From assembly GCA_003056265.1 (NCBI GenBank), contig NBVN01000001.1, positions 120,001-152,000 on the forward strand: DNA of 32,000 bases. The letters are read 5' to 3'. A program made the translations under genes and the position numbers. Numbering within the stretch: the stretch's first letter is position 1; every line of letters begins with the position of its first letter. This document shows, one piece after another, positions 18,361-25,932 of the stretch. This DNA comes from Zestosphaera tikiterensis (lineage in GTDB: Archaea; Thermoproteota; Thermoprotei_A; Sulfolobales; NBVN01). The notes under the pieces are model-generated. The model did no database searches and was not told the DNA's origin. It saw only the letters and a list, made by a program, of their open reading frames with translations.

Positions 18361-18834
18361 CTACCTCCAGCGCGTGATTTCAATGAATCTATTATGCCAA
18401 GGCGCGTGAGTATATCTCCTTAACCATTCATCACTTACGTTAACGCTTCTGTAAAGCTTTAAAAGCTTCTCTACAAGGTCTTTACTTATCCTACTCTCCC
18501 TTACGGCCGGACATCCTAAGTCTAAATAAGCGACTTTCTCTCCCGTTTTCTCATCTAAGTAAACCACTAGAGGATATATCCTACAGTCAAACGGTCTTTC
18601 ACTATACACCGTGCAGTAACCCTCTGGACTAAGCGCCGGGCAAGGAAGACCTCCCCGAGCACCTATAGCTTTAACATACCCGTACTTAGTCGCGATATCA
18701 AAAGGTTTTAAAACTTTAGGTATTTTCTTATCCTCATCGGGTAGTAATACCGCGTAATATCTTCTACAGCAGTTCTCAACACATGACGCGCATACATCCT
18801 TGAAATTTATTTCTATATACTCCGCTTCCAGAGG
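18361..18834 (-). CDS. YkgJ/UPF0153-type CxxCxxCC cysteine-cluster protein; the 5' boundary is unresolved and it may be a pseudogene
   Basis: The frame is open from 18834 to the stop at 18361. It encodes CASCVENCC ... CPALSPEGYCTVYSERPFDCRIYP, the family hallmarks. The only ATG/GTG/TTG in this frame is GTG at 18609, downstream of the first cysteine cluster. An in-frame ATG at 18846 is followed by GGG GCT TAA. Confidence 0.6.
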   Translation of the reverse strand, partial: PLEAEYIEINFKDVCASCVENCCRRYYAVLLPDEDKKIPKVLKPFDIATKYGYVKAIGARGGLPCPALSPEGYCTVYSERPFDCRIYPLVVYLDEKTGEKVAYLDLGCPAVRESRISKDLVEKLLKLYRSVNVSDEWLRRYTHAPWHNRFIEITRWR

Positions 18835-19048
18835 TTAAGCCCCCATTATATTTTTACATTAACCTGTTTAATAAGCTGTGTTAACGACCCTTATACGAAC
18901 TGCTTAAGGAAAGGATTTAAACCTCACGCAAATGCTTCCGTTTTAGGTTTTCATCGTAATTAACTTACTTTTTCTCTTTAAATGCTTAGGTTATTCAAAG
19001 TATTGAGTTTATTAAGTACTTCATAGTATTTAAATATGGTGATATCCT

Positions 19049-19492
19049 TTGGTCGAAGATATTATAAGAAAAGCGTTAGATGTGGAGAAGAAAGCGTTAG
19101 ATTCATATATGCACGCCATTAGGGTATTGAAACTGCAGGGTATAGAGCATTCAGACCTTGATGTCGTGATTAAGAAAGTGCTTATAGATACGTTGATTCA
19201 CGGTATATTAGTTGATTCTCTATTGAAGGCTTATAAAGAAGCGATCTCTAAAGAAGTTGAGGTTCTTAAATCTTTAGAGGACGTTAAACCTACGGCTAGG
19301 GAGGCCTCACTTATAGTAAAGTTGCTTAAAGACCACTTAACCATAGAGTCGGACATGATTGAAACGTATAATCATATCTATAGAGAGGTTAAACACCCCG
19401 TCTTTAAAGCCTTAGCCGAGGCTCTAATGGTTAACGAGCAAGAACATCATAAACTCCTATCTGAGTTGATAAGGAAGTATGAGAAGGTTTAA
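19049..19492 (+). CDS. Hypothetical all-helical protein, possibly a degenerate ferritin/rubrerythrin-like four-helix bundle
   Basis: 147 aa. TTG start preceded by GGTGAT with 5-nt spacing. Rubrerythrin-like E-x2-A-x3-Y (EKKALDSY) and a single E-x2-H (EQEH). The fold assignment is weak. Confidence 0.55.
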   Translation: MVEDIIRKALDVEKKALDSYMHAIRVLKLQGIEHSDLDVVIKKVLIDTLIHGILVDSLLKAYKEAISKEVEVLKSLEDVKPTAREASLIVKLLKDHLTIESDMIETYNHIYREVKHPVFKALAEALMVNEQEHHKLLSELIRKYEKV

Positions 19493-19542
19493 CATGTAAT
19501 GCAATCTTATTTTCCCGTAACTTCTTCTTCCTCTTTATATCT

Positions 19543-20619
19543 TTAGTCGCTGGGGATTACGACGATATTCCTCCAAGGTAGGGTTAACTTTACCTCATCG
19601 CCTAACCGGATATTGTAAGTGTTTGGAAGATAGATAAGCATCGAAATTTTACCGATCTTTAACCTAGCCTCTACTTTATCACCTATGAACATCGCGAAGT
19701 CTACAACGCCCCTAACGGATACGTCCATATCGTCGCCTCCCTCGCCAAGACGTATTATTTCAGGGCGGATGATAACCGCCACCTTTTTAGGGATGTTTTC
19801 AAAGGGTGTTACACCCCTAACTATCAGATCTGAATCCTCCAGCTTAACTTCCACGTAACCCTCCCCCTTAGCCACTACCTCACCGGAATATATGTTACTC
19901 CTCCCCAAGAAGTCCGCTACGAAGAGGTTCTTAGGTCTGAAATAAAGCTCTTGAGGTGTACCCACCTGCATAAGCCTTCCTTTATTAAGGACTGCTATCC
20001 TATCGCTTAAGCTCATCGCCTCCAACTGATCGTGGGTTACGTAAATAGTCGTTAAGTTTAAACTCCTCTGAAGTTTCTTCAACTCCTCCCTCATTTCAAT
20101 CCTTAACTTAGCGTCTAGGTTGCTTAAAGGCTCGTCAAGCAATAAAGCCCTAGGTCTAACCACTAAAGCCCTAGCTAACGCAACCCTCTGCTGCTGACCT
20201 CCACTAAGCTGTAGCGGGTATCTATTCTCAAGGCCTGACAGCCTAACAAGCTCTAAAGCTTCCTTAACCATCCTATCGATGTCCGCGTCGGTTAGGTTTA
20301 ACTCCTTCTTCCTTAGCTTCAACCCGTAAGCAACGTTTTCATATACGGTCATGTGAGGCCATAAGGCGTAGTTCTGAAAAACCATAGCTGTGTTTCGCTT
20401 ATACGGCTTAACGAAGGTAACGTCTTCATCATCGAAGTAAACCCTCCCTATATCGGGAACTTCAAAACCGGCTATGATCCTTAACGTCGTTGTTTTACCG
20501 CATCCACTCGGGCCTAAAATAGCGAAGAACTCACCCTTCCTAACTTCAAAGCTTACGTCGTCTACAGCGACAACGTTACCGTAATATTTAGAGATGTTCT
20601 CCAACCTAATTTTAGTCAT
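19543..20619 (-). CDS. ABC transporter ATP-binding protein (PotA/FbpC/MalK type with a C-terminal TOBE-like domain)
   Basis: Walker A GPSGCGKTT, signature LSGGQQQRVALARAL, Walker B LLLDEPLSNLD and H-loop YVTHDQ. The C-terminal beta-domain of about 120 aa is typical of this subclass. Confidence 0.95.
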   Translation of the reverse strand: MTKIRLENISKYYGNVVAVDDVSFEVRKGEFFAILGPSGCGKTTTLRIIAGFEVPDIGRVYFDDEDVTFVKPYKRNTAMVFQNYALWPHMTVYENVAYGLKLRKKELNLTDADIDRMVKEALELVRLSGLENRYPLQLSGGQQQRVALARALVVRPRALLLDEPLSNLDAKLRIEMREELKKLQRSLNLTTIYVTHDQLEAMSLSDRIAVLNKGRLMQVGTPQELYFRPKNLFVADFLGRSNIYSGEVVAKGEGYVEVKLEDSDLIVRGVTPFENIPKKVAVIIRPEIIRLGEGGDDMDVSVRGVVDFAMFIGDKVEARLKIGKISMLIYLPNTYNIRLGDEVKLTLPWRNIVVIPSD

Positions 20620-20629
20620 TTCAGACCCT

Positions 20630-22900
20630 CTACACCCCTATAAATGCGTATCTCTGTTTAAATACGTAAACAACTATTATCACCACAACCAATTGAATCA
20701 TAATTAATATAGTACCCATCGCGGCAACTAGCATGGGTCCTTGCCCGGCAGCGCCAACTATGTTTTGAGCCATGTAGTATGTCATAGGCGCGTAAGCTGA
20801 GTTCATACCTCCGAACGTAACGCTTGTCGTTACTTCAGTAGCCATGTAGATAAAACCTAATAAAGCACCGCTTAATATATAGCCAACTATCAAGGGGAAT
20901 ATCACGCCAAACACTACTTTAATTCTCGTAGCGCCTAAATTCATCGCAGCTTCCTCGAGATTTTCATGAACTTGCTGGAAACCCGCGAAAACAGACCTCA
21001 CTACATACGGTAATCTCCTAACGCTGAAAGCTATTATAAAAACAACCCATGTTTTAAACGTTGGTCCAGGCGATAAATCAGCGTAGATCCCTGGAAATAC
21101 ATACGATAGTGCATTAGCTAGAATGTAGAAGAAATAGTAGTATCCAAGGGCTATAACTAAACCCGGTATCGCTAGAGGCGAGGTAGCTAAGGAATCAAGC
21201 ACGTTTGCTAACCATTTAATCTTCAACCTACTTACGCTATAGCCTACGGCCGTAGCTAAAAACACAGCTATAAGTACGGAAATGCCGGCGTATGTGAACG
21301 TATTAAGTAGGTAGCTGTAAATCGTGGAGTCGGATAAGACCTTAGTTAAGTACATAAACGGGTTTTCAGGAATCCTGATATCCAACCCAGTGGCTGTTGG
21401 GTAAGGCTTTAAAACATCTAGGGATATTAGGATAACCCCCAGCTGCGGTAGAATAGCGAACAGAATCACTGGGAAGACCGCCAGATATATAGCTAGCAAG
21501 CCTAAAGGTCCCGGGCACCTCACCCTTGGGGAGAGCCTCCCTCCCCTACTAATCATCGCGTAACTCCTCATGCTTACGTAGTTTCTAATAGCTAGGAAAG
21601 AGACTAAAGTAATCATTAGTAGAATTACGCCTAACGCAGCTATCTCAGGCGAGATTAACCCAGTCGCTGTTTGAAAACCTCTGAATATTCTATAACTCAT
21701 TAAGTTCTGCGCGTTAAACACGATCGGCGCTCCTAAATCCTCAAGACTGAATACGAAAACGAGAATCGCACCTGCCGCTATGCCTGGAAGAGCTAAAGGT
21801 AGAGTAACGCTTCTAAAGAGTTTAAACCCTTTAGCACCTAAATTCTCAGCTTGCTCTTCAGTTGATGGGTCTACGTTAAGGAAGCTATTATATGCGTTAA
21901 GGTAGACTATCGGGAAGAAGGTTATTATTTGAGTTAATATAACTCCCACGTAACCCTCCAGCCGAAGTTTATATCCGAAGATAAGCTCTATTAAGGATGA
22001 GATCGGTCCGTCCTGCCCCCATATCAGCTTAACCACGAATGAGTTAATGAAGGGGGTGTTGAATAAAGGCATTAAAGCTAATACCCTCAATAAAGTATGT
22101 CCGGGGAATTTATACCTAGCGAGAACGAAAGCCACCACTATACCTAATGCGGTTGCGAACACGGTAACGACGCTGGCTACGATCAAGCTGTTGATTATAG
22201 GCCCGTAATCAACCCCCCTAACTACTAATAACCGCTGACCGTTGGGTAAGTTAACAACGCTCCACCACTCCTTAACTATCGGATTTAAGTTTACGTAACT
22301 TACCGTCCTAAGGACGTTATAGAAATTACTCCACCACCCACCTCCTGCTGGAGGTGTGAAGGAATACGTTAAAACCAACAATATAGGTAGCACCATAAAC
22401 ACAGTCAAGTACAGAAACCCAAACAACAGGAAAAACCACATAGTGGTGTCTAGCTGGTATAACGTAGCTCGTAGCCGTCGCCGTAGATCAGGCTTCCTTA
22501 AACTGCCTACCTTAAGCATCCCACCCTTTTCACGTAACTTACCATGTAAGTAGCCTACTATCGACGCCCCAGCTAATGGCGTTAGGAAGACGGCAAACGC
22601 TTGAGGAACTCCATAAGCCTCAATTAAGAGCGTTAGGAAAAGATAAAGAAGCGTTATTACGGATAGGAAGCTTAAGGTAAAGCTATAACGTATATAATCA
22701 TACCTATACAAGCCTTTAACAACCATAACAGAGCCTACCGTAAAACCCAACAACATCAACGCGTAGCTAACAACTTTAGAGATTTCTAAGGGTTGTAACG
22801 CATTAATAAGTAATGATGCTAGCAATAACGCCGTACCCGTACCGAAGAGCGTGAGGTCTTCACGCCTCAAACTTCCAACCCATAATCTAGTGATATTCAC
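20630..22900 (-). CDS. Fused double-domain ABC importer permease (FbpB/ThiP-like) with an extra N-terminal four-helix extension
   Basis: Two EAA loops (EEQAENLGAKGFKLFRSVTLPLALPG and EEAAMNLGATRIKVVFGVIFPLI). 756 aa. The first 127 aa form four additional hydrophobic helices ahead of an internal ATG at 22519. Confidence 0.9.
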   Translation of the reverse strand: MNITRLWVGSLRREDLTLFGTGTALLLASLLINALQPLEISKVVSYALMLLGFTVGSVMVVKGLYRYDYIRYSFTLSFLSVITLLYLFLTLLIEAYGVPQAFAVFLTPLAGASIVGYLHGKLREKGGMLKVGSLRKPDLRRRLRATLYQLDTTMWFFLLFGFLYLTVFMVLPILLVLTYSFTPPAGGGWWSNFYNVLRTVSYVNLNPIVKEWWSVVNLPNGQRLLVVRGVDYGPIINSLIVASVVTVFATALGIVVAFVLARYKFPGHTLLRVLALMPLFNTPFINSFVVKLIWGQDGPISSLIELIFGYKLRLEGYVGVILTQIITFFPIVYLNAYNSFLNVDPSTEEQAENLGAKGFKLFRSVTLPLALPGIAAGAILVFVFSLEDLGAPIVFNAQNLMSYRIFRGFQTATGLISPEIAALGVILLMITLVSFLAIRNYVSMRSYAMISRGGRLSPRVRCPGPLGLLAIYLAVFPVILFAILPQLGVILISLDVLKPYPTATGLDIRIPENPFMYLTKVLSDSTIYSYLLNTFTYAGISVLIAVFLATAVGYSVSRLKIKWLANVLDSLATSPLAIPGLVIALGYYYFFYILANALSYVFPGIYADLSPGPTFKTWVVFIIAFSVRRLPYVVRSVFAGFQQVHENLEEAAMNLGATRIKVVFGVIFPLIVGYILSGALLGFIYMATEVTTSVTFGGMNSAYAPMTYYMAQNIVGAAGQGPMLVAAMGTILIMIQLVVVIIVVYVFKQRYAFIGV

Positions 22901-22983
22901 TCATAAAAACGAAGCTCTGCTTAATCACCCACTAAAACGTATCTTTTGCTAATGTAACCTTTAATAACGATACGGCGGATTAC

Positions 22984-24654
22984 CTACCCTGAAGGGATTG
23001 GTTTACCAGCCATAGCGTCTTTAAGTAGGTTTAAAGCATTTCTATACCTCTCCCTAGCTAACTGCTCCCACTGAGTCATTAACGCTTGATAAACTGAAGC
23101 GTCTTTTGCCAGCTTATTATTAACTGAAACCGCGTAATCTAAGGTGAACGATACTGTGTTGCCAGTTATCGGGTCTTTAAACGTTAACGGACTTGAGATA
23201 TACCTCACAAGATATTCAAACCACTCTCTAGAGATCTTCCCGTTTAGGTATGCTTGAGCTATTTGCGCCCACGTAGCTTGAAGATCGTCATGCGCGCTAA
23301 CTAAAGTGGCTTTAAAGTAGTAAATTACTGAGTAAACCCAGTTTGAAGATAGCGTTTCGTTAAACTGTATGCTTTGAGCGTTTAAAGTTTCCTCTAAAGC
23401 CTGCTTTAAATCTAACCTCTGCTGACCCATTAATGTATCGAAAGTCTTCGGATTGACGGGCAATCTATTTATGTCTTTATCAAGCCATATCTGCTGACCG
23501 CCGTATTCGTTAAGAACCCAAGCTACGAAAGCTACTGCGTGAACTAAATGCTTCGTATCCTTTAATATAGCTATTGGATCAGCGTTAACTATAGTCTCAC
23601 CTTGAGGTGCTATATACCTGCAGTTAGGGTTAGCGTATTGAGCCATATACCCGTAGAAATCTATCGTCGTGCCTATAGCTACGTCCCCCCTTATCACAGC
23701 GTCTCTAGCGTCACTACTGCCTGAGTAAACTATGGAGTTGGCTGCTAACAAAGTTAATATCCTCCAACCCTCCTCCCAACCCTTAGCCTGCAGTATAATC
23801 TCGAATATTCTCGTATTGCTCGTGCTCATTGTTGGGTCTGCTATGCTGATCATCGGAATGCTTGGTAGGTATACAGCGTACTCTGGCCTAGCGAGGTCCT
23901 CCCACTTCTGAGGTGTTGGAAGTCCGTATTGAGTTAACCGGAGATTGTTTACTGTGAAGCCAAAGCTACTTACGCTGGCACCTATCCATCTAATGTTTCC
24001 ATTCCCATCGACTTTATACGATTCAGCTCCAGCTATCCTCTCAGGTATTTTACTTAATTCATAGTAAATCGCTTGAAAAACAGGGTCTCTCTGATTTATT
24101 GGTAGGAGGTAACCCTCAACGTCTAGGTTGTTAAATAGTGTTGGCCCGCCACCCCAAGCAACGTCTATAGGTGTTCCAGCTTTTTTAGCTTTCTCTATGT
24201 AGTCAGGCCATAGCTCAGCCGGAGCTGAGATAAACTGTATATCAACGATTCCTAACTCCTTAGCAACCGGTGATTTAAGGAAGACGTTCTTAGTAAGGGT
24301 TAATATAGACTGTTCATGCCTAGTTATTACGACTAGCTTAACGTTTCTCTCCGTAGTTAACTGTTTCAGCTGGTCAAGCCACGGATATTCAGGGTAGGTA
24401 ACTACAGTAGTCGTTTGTGGTGAAGTAGTTGATGAGGTAATCACAACGGTTGTTGTTGGCGTTGTAACTGAAGTTACGGATGTGGTCGGTAGCGTCGTAG
24501 GTGTGGTTGCTCCGGTTGTCGTCGGACTTGTAGTTGCTGATGTAGTGGTTGGTGTCGTTGAGGGCGTCCATAGGGTAATTGAGGCCACCCCCACGACTAC
24601 CGCGAAAACGACGATAAGACCTACGATCAGCGCTTTATTCAAGAGTCCCACCAA
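22984..24654 (-). CDS. ABC transporter substrate-binding protein (family-1 / Fbp-Pot-Thi-like), anchored by an N-terminal helix and a Thr-rich stalk
   Basis: N-terminal TM (ALIVGLIVVFAVVVGVASI), a 57-aa Thr-rich stalk, then a domain of about 470 aa. It sits directly upstream of the cognate permease and ATPase. Family assignment is by context and general pattern, so substrate is unknown. Confidence 0.75.
   Translation of the reverse strand: MVGLLNKALIVGLIVVFAVVVGVASITLWTPSTTPTTTSATTSPTTTGATTPTTLPTTSVTSVTTPTTTVVITSSTTSPQTTTVVTYPEYPWLDQLKQLTTERNVKLVVITRHEQSILTLTKNVFLKSPVAKELGIVDIQFISAPAELWPDYIEKAKKAGTPIDVAWGGGPTLFNNLDVEGYLLPINQRDPVFQAIYYELSKIPERIAGAESYKVDGNGNIRWIGASVSSFGFTVNNLRLTQYGLPTPQKWEDLARPEYAVYLPSIPMISIADPTMSTSNTRIFEIILQAKGWEEGWRILTLLAANSIVYSGSSDARDAVIRGDVAIGTTIDFYGYMAQYANPNCRYIAPQGETIVNADPIAILKDTKHLVHAVAFVAWVLNEYGGQQIWLDKDINRLPVNPKTFDTLMGQQRLDLKQALEETLNAQSIQFNETLSSNWVYSVIYYFKATLVSAHDDLQATWAQIAQAYLNGKISREWFEYLVRYISSPLTFKDPITGNTVSFTLDYAVSVNNKLAKDASVYQALMTQWEQLARERYRNALNLLKDAMAGKPIPSG
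24397..24567 (-). repeat. Low-complexity Thr-rich stalk-coding tract
   Basis: Encodes TPSTTPTTTSATTSPTTTGATTPTTLPTTSVTSVTTPTTTVVITSSTTSPQTTTVV. Confidence 0.8.
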
Positions 24655-24730
24655 CTCTTAAGTATTAAATATACTAATAAATTTAGTGAGTTGGTGAATG
24701 TTTAAAAAGTAATTCAACTTTTGGGTTGGT

Positions 24731-25888
24731 TCACTTTCTCTTCATAAGTAGTACGGCTATAAGAGCTATTAATAACACTATGGAAACGCCGGCCAAAGCT
24801 AGAGTGTAGGTTCCTACTTCTTGCGTGACCGTAGTTGTTGATATAAATGTAATTGTTTGTGTAAGTGTCTCTTTTACAGTTAACGTTGCTGTTGAAGTTA
24901 CTGTTTTAGTAGCTGTTTGTGTCTGTGTAACAGTTACGAACTTCGTCGTTATTACTGAAATCCACCACTTAATTAAGTTCGTTACGAACTTCGGCCCATC
25001 AAGTTCTACACCATAATACACGGAGGCCCACGCTGGTTCATAGTCTCCATAGAGGGATTCAGCCGCTACAGTTATTACTACGTTTTTATCACTCCAGTAC
25101 TCCGCAGCGTATGCTACGAAATCGAATGACCCGCTACCGTAGGTTAAGGGATCGTAGAGGTATGGAGCTGGCGGTGTGTTATCCCCTATGTAGGCTTTAT
25201 GGAACCAAGCTATCCTTATAAGTCCTGGGAACGTATCCTTAACTGGGTTGTGGTAGAAGCCTTTCTCATCAACCCATATTACAACGCCGGGTCCATGCAT
25301 TAGGATGGGCTTCGTTATCCCCTCATCTATTATTTGAGTGTTTAACTCAGGTATGTTGTCGGGCTCTACGAAGGCTAACATCCTATAGTAGGCTTTAGCG
25401 TTGACAGGCCATTCCTGACCTTTATATGTGTATGTAGGTGTTGGGTTGTCAGGTGCGTATGCGGCGGCTTGATCAAGCCTTAACTTAGCACCTATATACT
25501 CCAAGACCTTATTAACGTTGTCTATGGTTGTTGGTCCGGTTCCGTAGTCGCTGTCACCAGCTATGTATAGGACTTTCCTACCGGTGTTAAGCCAGGATGC
25601 GATAGCCTCTAACTCATCCGGTGTGAACGCTACTGTGGGTTGACCTATGAGTAATATGTCTACATCAGCCAGTAAATCGCTTGTTATCGTAGTACCTTTC
25701 TCTATTACCTTCCATTTAACGAACGTTATGTTACCCATTATGTAGTTTAAGTACTTATTGCTTTCTCCATGTGCTAGATCAACGGCTATAGTTACTGTAA
25801 AGGATTTCACGGTTAATGGCGTTGCGTAAAGCGCTAATAATGCTGTTAATATCATGAATATTATCGGTATGGACAGGGCTTTCCTCAT
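24731..25888 (-). CDS. Secreted, C-terminally anchored protein, tentatively GldG/DUF4350-like (GATase1-like fold)
   Basis: Signal-like N-terminus. The pattern VDLAHGES ... DVDILLIGQPTVAFTPDELEAIASWLNTGRKVLYIAGDSD resembles the N-terminal module of GldG/DUF4350 proteins. A Thr-rich stalk, a TM helix and MKRK close the protein. The family call is from memory of the pattern only. Confidence 0.6.
   Translation of the reverse strand: MRKALSIPIIFMILTALLALYATPLTVKSFTVTIAVDLAHGESNKYLNYIMGNITFVKWKVIEKGTTITSDLLADVDILLIGQPTVAFTPDELEAIASWLNTGRKVLYIAGDSDYGTGPTTIDNVNKVLEYIGAKLRLDQAAAYAPDNPTPTYTYKGQEWPVNAKAYYRMLAFVEPDNIPELNTQIIDEGITKPILMHGPGVVIWVDEKGFYHNPVKDTFPGLIRIAWFHKAYIGDNTPPAPYLYDPLTYGSGSFDFVAYAAEYWSDKNVVITVAAESLYGDYEPAWASVYYGVELDGPKFVTNLIKWWISVITTKFVTVTQTQTATKTVTSTATLTVKETLTQTITFISTTTVTQEVGTYTLALAGVSIVLLIALIAVLLMKRK
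24815..24943 (-). repeat. Low-complexity Thr/Val/Gln-rich stalk-coding tract
   Basis: Encodes KFVTVTQTQTATKTVTSTATLTVKETLTQTITFISTTTVTQ. Confidence 0.7.
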
Positions 25889-25932
25889 TTTAAGTTCACC
25901 ATATTAAGATTGGGAACGCAAATTAAAAAACG

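Noticed and set aside
18930-18992. Two copies of AAATGCTT ... TTAGGTT, 50 nt apart, in the 209-nt divergent spacer
   Set aside because: The repeat is short and imperfect in an AT-rich spacer, so it cannot be distinguished from chance without comparative data.
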